NCBI GenBank assembly: GCA_024137785.1
Contig: JAHRHZ010000222.1
Coordinates: 30,546,785 to 30,610,784 of the forward strand
Origin: Ginglymostoma cirratum
Lineage: Eukaryota
Length of the DNA: 64,000 nt
Reading direction: 5' to 3'
Positions 13,125 to 23,700 of this stretch are shown here, piece after piece; position 1 is the first letter of the stretch, and every line of letters begins with the position of its first letter. Under the pieces are notes generated by a model. The model was given only the letters and a program-made list of their open reading frames with translations, had not been told where the DNA came from and made no database searches. Position numbers and translations under genes: made by a program.

Positions 13125-13500
13125 GCTAAATGGATGTGTAACTGGCAAATAAACTTCAATTTGGTAAATGTGAGGTGGTACCATTTGGTAGAAAAAAAAA
13201 TAAAGCCACATAGTCTTTATAAAAGTGTTTAAATGCAGTTAAGAAGGGGAGAGATCTGAGGGGAGTAGGTAAATTAATCACTAAAAGTAGCAATGCAGAT
13301 TAATAAAGCAATAAATAAATCATGAAAAACACTGGAGTTCATTTCTAGAGGGATGGAAAGCAGATAGAAACTTTGCTAGACCAAACTTGGAATACCGTAC
13401 ACAATTCTGATTCCTGTATAGAAAATAGTATAAAGCAACCGATACAGTTCACAGAACATTTACTACAATTATACCAAAACTGAAAGCTTATACTAGCCAA
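13125..13500 (+). mobile_element. Decayed CR1 RT fragment
   Basis: WQINFNLVNVRW..FG and RPNLEYRTQF remnants (W...FN..KC.V.HFG; RPHLEY.VQFW). Confidence 0.65.
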
Positions 13501-13585
13501 ACACTGAATTGCTAAGAGCACTTTTAGACCACAGTGACAGGAGCAGAAATAGGCCACTCAGCCCACTGACTCTGCTTGGCCATTC

Positions 13586-15027
13586 GAGATAACAAGGTAT
13601 GGAGCTGGATGAACACAGCAGGCCAAGCAGCATCATAGGAGCAGGAAAGCTTGACATTTCGGGCCTAGACCCTTCATCAGAAATGGGGGACGGGAAGAGG
13701 GTTCTGAAATAAATAGGGAGAGAGGGGGAGGCGGATAGAGGATGGATAGAGGAGAGGATAGGTGGAGAGGAGACAGACAAGTCGAAGAGGCGGGGATGGA
13801 GCCAGTAAAGGTGAGAGTAGGCGGGGGGGTAGGGAGGCGATAGGTCAGTCCAGGGAGGACGGACAGGTCAAGGGGGCGGGATGAGGTTAGGAGATAGGAG
13901 ATGGGGGTGCGGCTTGAGGTGGGAGGAGGGGATAGGTGAGAGCAAGGACAGGTTAGGGAGGCAGGGACGAGCTGGGCTGGTTTTGGGATGCAGTCGGAGG
14001 AGGGGAGATTTTGAAGCTTGTGAAATCCACATTGATACCATTGGGCTGCAGGGTTCCCAGGTTGAATATGATTTGCTGTTCCTGCAGCCTTTGGGTGGCA
14101 TCATTGTGGCATTGCAGGAGGCCCAGGATGGACATGTCGTCTGAGGAATGGGAGGGGGAGTTGAAATGGTTCACGACTGGGAGGTGCAGTTGTTTGTTGC
14201 AAACTGAGCGCAAGTGTTCTGCAAAACGGTCCCCAAGCCTCCATTTGGTTTCCCCGATGTAGAGGGGGCCACGATGGGTACAGCAGATGCAGTATACCAC
14301 ATTGGCAGATGTGCAGGTGAACATCTGCTTGATGTGGAAAGTCTTCTTGGGGCCTGGGATTGGGGTGAGGGAGGAGGTGTGGGGCAGGTGTAGCACTTCC
14401 TGTGGTTGCAGGGAAAAGTGCTGGGTGTGGTGGGGCTGGAGGGGAGTGTGGAGCGGACAAGGGAGTCACGGAGAGAGTGGTCCCTCCGGAAAGCAGACAA
14501 GGGTGGGGAGGGAAAAATGTCTTTGTTGAGGGGTCGAATTGCAGATGGCGGAAGTGTCGGAGGATGATGCGTTGGATCCGGAGATTGGTGGGGTGGTACG
14601 TGAGGACGAGGGGGATTCTTTTTTGGTTGTTGTTGCGGGGACGGGTTGTGAGGGATGAGTTGCGGGAAATGCGGAGACACGGTCGAGGGCGTTCTCGACC
14701 ACTGCTGGGGGGGATCTTGCGATCGTTGAAGAATGTGGACATCTGGGATGTACGGGAGTGGAATGCCTCATCCTGGGAGCAGATGTGGCGGAGGCGAAGG
14801 AATTGGGAATAGGGGATGGCATTTTTGCAGGAAGGTGGGTGGGAGGAGGTCTATTCTAGGTAACTGTGGGAGTCGGTGCGCTTGAAATGGATATTGTTTT
14901 CTAGGTGGTTACCCGAGATGGAGACAGAGAGGTCCAGGAAGGGGAGAGAGGTGTAAGAGATGGTCCAGGTGAACTTCAGGTTGGGGTGGAAGGTGAAGTG
15001 GATGAACTGTTCGAGCTCCTCATGGGT
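13586..15027 (-). mobile_element. Penelope-like element, 5'-truncated: RT C-terminus, GIY-YIG endonuclease, 3' UTR (left arm)
   Basis: FHPNLKFTWTISYTSLPFLDLSVSI..KRTDSHSYL (RT), RIPLVLTYHPTNLRIQRIILRHFRHLQ and FTCTSANVVYCICC..LYIGETKWRLGDRFAEH..VVNHFNS..LGTLQPNGIN (GIY-YIG); frameshifted. Confidence 0.95.
13650..13683 (-). ncRNA. Mirror copy of the hammerhead motif (GAAACGTC changed to GAAATGTC)
   Basis: Reverse strand reads TTTCTGATGAAGGGTCTAGGCCCGAAATGTCAAG. Confidence 0.65.
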
Positions 15028-15909
15028 GCCCGACCACACCCGGCACTTTTCCCTGCAACCGCAGGAAGTGCTACACCTGCCCCACACCTCCTCCCTCACC
15101 CCCCATCCCAGGCCCCAAGAAGACTTTCCACATCAAGCAGATGTTCACCTGCACATCTGCCAATGTGGTATACTGCATCCACTGTACCCGTTGTGGCCCC
15201 CTCTACATCAGGGAAACCAAGCGGAGGCTTGGGTACCGCTTTGCAGAACACTTGCGCTCAGTTCGCAACAAACAACTGCACCTCCCAGTCGCGAACCATT
15301 TCAACTCCCCCTCCCATTCCTCAGACGACATGTCCATCCTGGGCCTCCTGCAATGCCACAATGATGCCACCCAAAGGCTGCAAGAACAGCAAATCATATT
15401 CAGCCTGGGAACCCTGCAGCCCAATGGTATCAATGTGGATTTCACAAGCTTCAAAATCTCCCCTCCCCCAACCGCATCCCAAAACCAGCCCAGCTCGTCC
15501 CTGCCTCCCTAACCTGTTCTTCCTCTCACCTATCCCCTCCTCCCACCTCAAGCAGCACCCCCATCTCCTATCTCCTAACCTCATCCCGCCCCCTTGACCT
15601 GTCCGTCCTCCCTGGACTGACCTATCTCCTCCCTACCTCCCCACCTACACTCACCTTTACTGGCTCCATCTCCGTCTCTTTGACTTGTCTGTCTCCTCTC
15701 CACCTATCCTCTCCTCTATCCATCTCCTATCCGCCTCCGCCTCTCTTCCTATTTATTTCAGAACCCTCTTCCCCTCCCCTCTTTCTGATGAAGGGTCTAG
15801 GCCCGAAACGTCAAGCTTTCCTGCTCCTATGATGCTGCTTGGCCTGCTGTGTACATCCAGCTCCATACCTTGTTATCTCGGATTCTCCAGCATCTGCAGT
15901 TCCTACTAT
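15028..15909 (+). mobile_element. Inverted second copy of the PLE 3' region (GIY-YIG + complete 3' end; right arm)
   Basis: ORF 15141-15512 FTCTSANVVYCIHC..LYIRETKRRLG..; reverse complement of ~13586-14437 plus an extra ~30 nt terminus GATTCTCCAGCATCTGCAGTTCCTACTAT. Confidence 0.95.
15782..15815 (+). ncRNA. Minimal type I hammerhead ribozyme motif in PLE 3' UTR
   Basis: TTT-CTGATGA-A-GGGT(CTAG)GCCC-GAAA-C-GTC^AAG: conserved cores, stem II, palindromic ACGT helix III, GUC cleavage triplet, 3 bp helix I. Confidence 0.75.
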
Positions 15910-16684
15910 CTCCGCTTGGCCATTCAATGAGATTACGACAGATTTGATAATCCTCAACTCCACTTTCCTGCCTTTTCCCATGTAACCCTTGATTAAAGAT
16001 GTGTCTATCTCAGCCTTGATGATAGTTGAGAACCCAGCCAGCCTCCACAACCCTCTATGATAAAGAATTCCCCAGATTTACAACCCTCTGAGAGAAAAAA
16101 ATAGCTAAGATGGTAGGCATATATTCATATAAGAGGAAACTAGATAAGCATGGGGAAAGAAAGGAACAGCAGTGTGCACTGACACAGGTGCTTGGTAAAG
16201 GACAGGACTGTCATCCAAGAAGGCAAGCTGTGCAAAATATGGTGAGAAAATAGGATGTTGGCCAGAATAAAAATTAAGAAAGAACTACTCCCTCTCAAGG
16301 AGCTAATGGCCTTTAAAACTTTTAAGTCGTCCTTACAAATTCCTGAAGTGATTAATTCAGTGAATAAATGTGAAAACATGCTGCACAATATTATCACGAA
16401 CAGAGGCCTCTCACCATGGAAAATCAGGAGGAAAATATATGCAAGGACCACGAAAGAAAATCCACTACAAACATAAAGCTGGCCCAGGAGGGTAACATCA
16501 ATGCATTAAACCTCTCATGAGCACTAGGAATATTTTCCATTGCCTACATCAAAAATCACGGAACTACAAGTTATCTAATTTTATTTTGTTTTTGCTAAGA
16601 ATTGCATATGTTCATTTAGCTTTACTTTAGAAAAAAAATACTTGTTTTGCAATGAAAGGATGGTAAGGCTTACTAAGGACACAC

Positions 16685-16800
16685 CAACATAAGGAATAAG
16701 CAGTGGAACAGGCTGTTTGACCCTTTGGGGCTGCTCTGCCATTCAACAAGATCATAACTGTTCTTCTACCTCAACTCCACCCTCCTACACATTAAACTAA
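16685..16800 (-). mobile_element. CR1 3' tail fragment
   Basis: CTGCTCTGCCATTCAACAAGATCAT..CCTCAACTCCAC, homologous to 24960-25040. Confidence 0.7.
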
Positions 16801-17039
16801 CGATAGGTATCATTTAGTGATCAAATGCACGTTTCAGAGCGGATGGTGAATGTCTTTCAATTGTCTTTCTATAGTCTGTTGTTGTTTTTTGGACTTTGAC
16901 ATAAATATGGCAGAAACATCGGACAGAAACTCAGTCTCTGTAGTGGTGAAAAACAGGTGGCATCTGTTCGGCCACCCATTATATAAGCTACCTGATTTTC
17001 CGCTTGTGACTTCAATGTGAAGGAAGGCTGGTTTTAGCT

Positions 17040-17724
17040 TGGATGGATGGTCAAGATGGCAGCAGACTGGAAGGCTCCTACCAAAGCTCCTCCGCTCCTT
17101 CTGTTTATTTCCCATTTCCTTCTCTTTTTTTCCTCTTTTTAGTTTTTATCTCCCTCTTAGAATTTACCTCCCCCAAAGCAGGTCTCAGCTCTGTCTCTCA
17201 GCGATTCGTGGCAGGGCCCGGCCTGGTCTCTCAGCAGCTCGTGGTGGGTCCCGGCCTGGGCTCTCTGCAGCTCATGGTGGGTCCTGGCCTAGTCTCTCAG
17301 CAGTTCATGGTGGGTCCCGGCCTGGTCTCTCGGCAGCTCATGGTGCNNNNNNNNNNCTCGGCAGCTCATGGTGGGTCCCGGCCTGGTCTCTCAGCAGCTC
17401 ATGTCGGGTCCCAGCCTCATCTCTCAGTAGGTCTCAGCCTGATCTCTCGGGGTATGTCGGCCAGTCACTCAGCGGCACGTGGCAGTGTCCCGGCTTGGCA
17501 TGCAAGTGGATCCTGCCCAGGCATGTTCCCAAGGTACCGGTGGAGAGGAGGCAGTTTCAGTAGTAGTGATGGTATCCGCGGCGGCAGCATCGAGAACTGA
17601 CAGCTGAGGTCTCTCAGAGAGCGAGATAAGTGGAGGACTCATCAAAGACTGTTAAACTTTTAACATTCCTTTATTTTCCTAATTTAAACTATGAAAGACT
17701 TCAATGTTAACTATCACTTTATTT
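17040..17724 (+). mobile_element. CpG-rich non-autonomous element of uncertain family with internal minisatellite
   Basis: Starts GGTCAAGATGGCAGC, pyrimidine tract, 33 bp array, retained CpGs, AT-rich tail abutting the next PLE. Confidence 0.4.
17194..17425. repeat. 33 bp GC-rich minisatellite (about 7 copies visible; spans a 10-N gap)
   Basis: Unit TCTCTCAGCAGCTCATGGTGGGTCCCGGCCTGG; it accounts for the repetitive ORFs 17039 and 17043. Confidence 0.9.
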
Positions 17725-17725
17725 G

Positions 17726-18389
17726 GAGATAACCAGGACTGCAAATGCTGGAAGTCAGAGTCAATAAAATGTGGAGCTGAATGAGCAAAGAAGGTCAGGC
17801 AGCATCTGAGCAGCAGGAAAATTGACTTTTCAGGTCAAGACCCTTCATCAGGACTGGGGAGGGGGAAGGGAACTGGGAAATAAATAGAGGGACGGATGTG
17901 GGGCTGGGGGAAGGTAGGTGGGATGGTGCTGGGTGGATGCAGGTAGGAGACTATGGAGATCGCTAATGAGAATGATGGGGCAGATAGGTGAGAAGGGAGA
18001 TGGACAGGTTATGTCAGGTCAAGGAGGCGGGGATGAAAGCAAGGGCTGGACAAGAGATGAGGCTGGGGGTGAGGAGATTTTGAACCTGATGAGCTCTATG
18101 TTGAGGCCATTGAGCTGTAAGCTCCCAGAGTGGAATATAGGGAGTTGTTCCTTTGGTTTACGTGTGGCCTCATTGTGACAGTGGAGGAGGATCAGTATGG
18201 ACATATTGCCAAGGGAGTGGAAGGGGGTGTTGAAAAGGCTGGCCAGTGGAAGGTGTTGTTAATTATAGTGCACAGAGCGCATGTGATCTGTGAATCAGTC
18301 ACCAAGTCTGCGTTTGGTCCCACTGATATAGTGGAACTCCTCTACATCGGTGAGACCAAGCACAGACTCAGTGACCGATTCACAGATCA
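17726..18389 (-). mobile_element. Older PLE 3' fragment (GIY-YIG + tail + hammerhead) with 52 bp 5' snap-back
   Basis: MSILILLHCHNEATRKPKEQLPIFHSGSLQLNGLNIE (18019-18204, minus); hammerhead CTGATGAAGGGTCTTGACCTGAAAAGTC at 17824-17851 (minus); LLYIGETKHRLSDRF on plus at 18337-18381. Confidence 0.9.
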
Positions 18390-18439
18390 AACGAAATAGA
18401 GCAACAAGTCCCATTCACAGCCCTTTACCGGTTGTCAAT

Positions 18440-18800
18440 TCATCAAAATATCAATTTTGCAATTTGCAACTTTGATTTAAAATCTATTCAAGGTCTCACC
18501 TCTCCATACCTCTGAAACATCCTCCAGCTGCATAATCCTTAACTTACACGTATTCATCCATTTCTGGCCATTAGAGTAGCACCAATTTTAATTACTCCAT
18601 CATTAATCGCCTAGGCTCCAAGTTCGGGAATCCCTTTCCCAAGTCTGATTTTCTAACTCTTTTTTTCCTTTAATATGCTCCTTAAAACGATCCTCCTTGC
18701 CAAGCATCTTCTTATTTTGCTCTATAACAAATTTTGTTTTCCAGCACTTTGGAATTTTATCACATTAGAAGGTGCTACATAATTAGAAGTTGGTGTTGTT
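18440..18800 (+). mobile_element. L2 LINE 3' end (decayed)
   Basis: CCTAGGCTCCAAGTTCGGGAATCCC..CTCCTTAAAAC..AGCACTTTGG..AAGGTGCTACATAA, an L2-type tail shared with the copies at 28880 and 50200. Confidence 0.6.
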
Positions 18801-19239
18801 GATGCAATATTCCAACATCTGGTCAGATTTTACCCAATTATTGTATGTAAAGCATGAGGTAGGTTTGGAATTAAGGGGAGCAAACTCAGGCAGTTTCTGT
18901 AAACGCAAGCTGATCTACAATGCAGGTTCACACTTAGTAGTCAGTTGTGAATCACCCCATGGTGATTTGAGCCATGGAATTTCCTTCCTATGGTTCATTA
19001 TCTTTGCCACTAATATTTTCCCATGTTTTGGCTTATTTATTATGTTAAATTGCATGAGAACCCTTGTTAAAACATTAAAATTCCATATCGGTCAATACCA
19101 TGTTTTTAAATTCATTAACTGTACTTGTGTCCTCCATCTCCAAAATAAAGCTACTGACTTTACTCCTGACTGTTAATTTCTTAATGTAAATGCTATTTTC
19201 TTGACCTGAGAATAAATTTCAACTGGTAAATCAGAGGCT

Positions 19240-19800
19240 GGGAATTCTGTAACAAGCGATTCGCTTTCTGACTCCTCAAAGCCTCCACCATCTACAAGGC
19301 ACAAGTCAAGAGTGGAATGGATTACTCCCCACTTATCAGAATAAGTGCGTTTCCAACCATACTAAAACACCATCCAAGACAAAGTAGCTGCTTAACTGGC
19401 AACCCATCCATCACCTTCAACATTCACTCCCTCTACCACCTATGCAAGCAGTAGCAGTGTGTACCATCTACAAGATGCACTGGAAGTCACCAAGGTTCCT
19501 GTAGCAGCGATTTCCAAAACCATGACCCCTGTGTTCAAGAAGGAGAGGGTCAGTAGATAGATGGGAAAGCCACCAACTGCAAGTTACTCTCAAAGCCATG
19601 CACCGCCCTAACTTTAATGGTGTTTTTTCACTGTTACTGGGTTAAATCTTGGAACTCAGTCTGCAACAGCGCTACAAGTATCCTGACACCACATGGGCTG
19701 CAACAGTTCAATAAGGCAGTTCACCATCACCTTCTCAAGGACAATTAGGGATAGGCAATAATCCTGGCCTAGCCAGTGAATTCCATATCCCATAAAAGAA
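19240..19800 (+). mobile_element. LINE 3' end (CR1/L2-group)
   Basis: STIYKAQVKSGMDYSPL (T.YKA.VR..MEY.P); tail GGCAGTTCACCATCACCTTCTCAAGGACAATTAGGGATAGGCAATAA also occurs at 41170-41245 and 63775-63865 (minus). Confidence 0.8.
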
Positions 19801-19846
19801 AAAACTATGAAAAAGAAAGTGACTCAAGTGAGAATGGGAAGGGAGA

Positions 19847-20740
19847 GGATTTTTCAGCCCAAATTCGAGAAATAAGGGTGCCTTCAGAAATAAGCCAGTG
19901 GAGATCTTTTCAATTTTTTCAACAGGTTTGTCACTGAAAAGCCACTTAATTTTACAGACTGGCTGTCTGACAGGGGGAAAATGACTCAGAAACAGTGGTC
20001 AGTTAGATCTTTATATAACCAGTTGGTCAAGGATAGTCAGACATTATTGCAGCCAGACATTACGAGGGTTTTTTTGATTCAGGAGAAGCCGTCACAGCGC
20101 CTGTAAACTATAGGGCTGGTCAGACCTTTTCTGGGGAGTTTGACATTATGGGGAGGGTAAGATTATCATAAAGAGAGGGTCAGACATTGTAAAGAATTTG
20201 GAGAATGAATGAGTTGGACATTTTAGGGGTTGGAGGGCCAGACATGGTTGCTGTAGGGGTGAATCAGCTATTTCAGGGATGAGGGAGACCTCGTGGGGGT
20301 AGGGGTGAGACAGATATCACAGGGGTAAGAGTGAGTTATACATTTTGGAGGTTGAAGATGAGTCAGACATCACAGAGATGAGGGGATTGGCTGAACACTG
20401 GAATCATTGCATTGGGATGGGCACGTTGGATGTGGCGAATCTCTCCTAATATTCACCAGAAGTATAATACCAAGCAGTGCTAATCTTAGGGAACTGGCCC
20501 AGTGTCACCTCTTTCCCCTGGTAACATTCCTGAGACCTGGAAACCTAAACGATCATTACACAAAAATACAATCAAAATGGAGTTATCAACTCACCTCCTA
20601 AGAGCAGATTGGTTGACTTGCCCCTAAAATTCTCTCCATTAAAGGCAGAAGTGAATGAGTTGGCCTTGATTTGAGAAAATTAAAAACAAAAACTGCTTCC
20701 CATTCTCCCCAACTCACCCATCCTTCATGGCTAGAAATCC
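19847..20740. mobile_element. Putative non-autonomous DNA transposon (MITE-like) with internal degenerate tandem array
   Basis: Imperfect terminal inverted repeats GGATTTTTCAGCC and GGCTAGAAATCC; about 12 copies of a GTCAGACATT..GGGG-like motif at ~20030-20400. Confidence 0.5.
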
Positions 20741-23700
20741 AATTTCTTTTAATGGACGATAGGTATCACTTTTCACTTCTTTCACAAATGCATCCATCAT
20801 CTGCATAACAAGACAGGCTGATTTGTTACCAGGTAATTGATTACTTTCTCTTTTAAATTTTGAAATGCAGAATTACCAACCCAACCATATAATGGGATAG
20901 CGTATTATATTTGTTTCAGGTTAATGTTCTCGCTCCAGTCATGGTAGACTTTCTAGATTTTTGCACAAGTCTTCAGAGTTGCAAAGTTTGAGTTGAGCTA
21001 GAATATGATAGATTTACCAAGCTCTTTTACGCCACAGTAAATTTAAGCCTGCCCAAATGGCACAATCTATTTCTTTTTCAAAAATGTAAGCAAGATTTCC
21101 AACAGTTGGTCAGAAAAACAGACTTGCCCAACAATCTGAGACAGTACTTTGATGGAATATTGTAAACACCATGTATGGATTGACAACATATCTATCTTTT
21201 ATGTCACTGGTTCTGAATTTGCTTTTTGGCAATGTCAAAGCAACATTATTGCAAGTATATCTTAATTGGCCAGTTTTCAGTCATTTCTGCTAATGATTTT
21301 TTTTCTTGTAAAATCATCCACAGCCAGGTTATTCTCAACCTCTTGTTGAGCGGTTAGCAAAAAGCTATGCAAAAAGGGTACTTAACACTTTTATCAAACA
21401 AAGAGGAAGAAATTGGCATCTTTTAAGATTTCTAGTCTGAAATTATGCATTGTTACTTTCTGCTAAAATATGTAGAGAAATTACATGTTTTAAGATCACA
21501 TTTCTCAAAGTATTGGTTATATTGAAAAAAAAATTCACTTTTCCATAAATGGTCTAAAATGGAAATGAATCTGCTGACATCCTATGGTGTAGAAGCTTTC
21601 ATGAAGATGGGTTGAGGACATCAGAATAATAAGATCTGTCAGGTAAATAAACGTGATGGATAACTGCAACAATACATACAAGGTATACACTCAATACACC
21701 AGCACAACATTTTGTTCCCCTCCAAGCAGTGGTAAATGGCACTGAAAGACATTTTACCATTAGAACATGTATTTTACAACTCAGGTCCCCAAAGATTGTA
21801 TTTTTTCTGACATATATGGTTACTGTCATTTACCATTCTGCAACAGAAATTTTTCCACAAAAGTTAATGGTGAACATTATGAACTAAGATGCTAATAAAT
21901 TTGAGGATTATTCCTTCAGAAATTCTTCTAACCTAACAATATGACTTAGCTTTGTAGGCAAGAAACCTCACCCCATGCAAATAGAAGTTCCTGCGGTAAC
22001 TTTCAATCCCCAGCAATTGACACATGAAATTCTTTTGATTTCTTAAAAGAAGCATAGCTCAGTGGCTCTGTGGTTAATGTTCACCTCATGCTATGTGGTT
22101 ACAGATTTAAGTCCCCGTAGGAGCTTAGTGCTGCCTAGAATCTTATGTGTGATTAGTGCACATTATTATTAAAGCTGCTAGTTTGATCATTACGAATTAA
22201 ATAATAATGTTTTTGTAGGCCACAGAAACATCATAATACCATGTTGTTAACATGAATTGAAATCCAAAATATTTCAATAATTAAAAAAAATTTCAAACTT
22301 TCATCAATCAACAGTTTGACATTATTTTAAAAATAATACGACTGAATCTGCCTCCCGAGACATCTTTATTTTCCAATCGTCCCATTTAATACCATCCTAT
22401 GGGATATTCCCTTTATAATGAATCTCATTAAAACATCCAAAACTCATGACTCCTGAGGAATGTGTTATAGTGACAGCATGGTGGTTCCTCTTGACATTAG
22501 GCTTTCCAATCAGTTTTGAAACTAACAGTTTTCCTTTCTTTGCAATCTAGTCCCGATGTTAGAATGGGCTGTTTAAGACAATTTGTCGAGAATAAAAAGA
22601 ACCAGTTCACAGCCAACCCATTTTGCCTGTAAACTGTGACAATTTTGCGCAATTATCCTAAGTTAAACATGACACCATTTTCAGAAAGAATTTGACATCT
22701 GTCTGCAAAAGAATGAACCATAATTCTCCCTGAAGTCTGCATTAAATAAAAAGGGAGTTGATTTCTATAAACCGAATTACTGTGGCTAAAGGCTGATGAT
22801 ATGTCTGTTTTCTTCTATGCCATTATCTGAGTACTTGAACTCTGGATAACAATGACTTCATACAGAATAAGAAGTGCGAGGCTTTAATTGTATGTATTTA
22901 GTCACGCAAACACAAGCAATGGCCTGAGAATGGCTAGTTAGCCAATGACATCATTGAGCTTCCTGGGCTTTAGAAATGGCTCAGTGGAGCTTTTGCAAAT
23001 TTGCACTGATATTAGTTTGAGTTAGCTTGTAAATCCCAGATTTAGGTCAAATGGTAGAGGCTAGGACTTGTCTCTAAACATTCCTTCCATCCCCTATGCT
23101 GCTACTGGCAGCCGAATACATACAGAGAAAAGCAGAAAAAAAAAGGAAAACATCAGGAGACAGGGTGGTTTATGCAGAAATCCTCTCTGTCAATCAATTC
23201 ACTATGTCTGCATGAAACTGATGATCGCATCATCATGTTAGTTTGCCTGACTTGCTTAACACAAAGAAGGTGGGAAAATTTTCTCAAGCAGGGATGTTAG
23301 CACTTGAAAAATCAATCACCATCTGTGCTCATTTTCTGAAGAGAAGAAAAACAACCTCTGTTTAAAAATACACCAGAATAAATATCTCTTAATGTTTGGA
23401 AATAAACTACAAGGTCATGGAGTACATGGCAATTACAAAAGAACAAACAGCGGCTGCATTTAGTGACTTCATTATTTAATATCACATCTAAACGTATGTC
23501 TCTGCATTACAGTCATACTCCCAAAAATAGATTTTGAAGCCACCTACAGAGTACCAGTATGTGCAAGGGTTACAAAAAAAAGTTGTGGGAAGAGAGACAC
23601 CACATAACTCTGTAAAACATGTGGTGGTAAGGCCCTCCATACTGTACAGCTCTATACCACTTCTGCTGCAATGCTCGTTCTTTTCAGTAGCACAACTGTG

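Larger units (their letters stand above)
13530..16100 (-). mobile_element. CR1 3' tail (13530-13585 + 15910-16100) split by the PLE palindrome
   Basis: Removing 13586-15925 restores GGAGCAGAAATAGGCCACTCAGCCC..TCTGCTTGGCCATTCAATGAGAT..GATAATCCTCAACTCCAC, colinear with the uninterrupted paralogue at 24950-25190. Confidence 0.9.

Noticed and set aside
13868-15930. Cluster of long overlapping ORFs (up to 230 aa) as host genes
   Set aside because: They are alternative or antisense frames of the PLE arms; ORFs 14851(-), 14905(+) and 14960(+) are chimeras across the inversion junction.
20030-20400. CRISPR-like repeat-spacer array
   Set aside because: Cores are only ~9-10 bp and degenerate, spacers are irregular and similar to each other, there are no cas genes, and the context is vertebrate.
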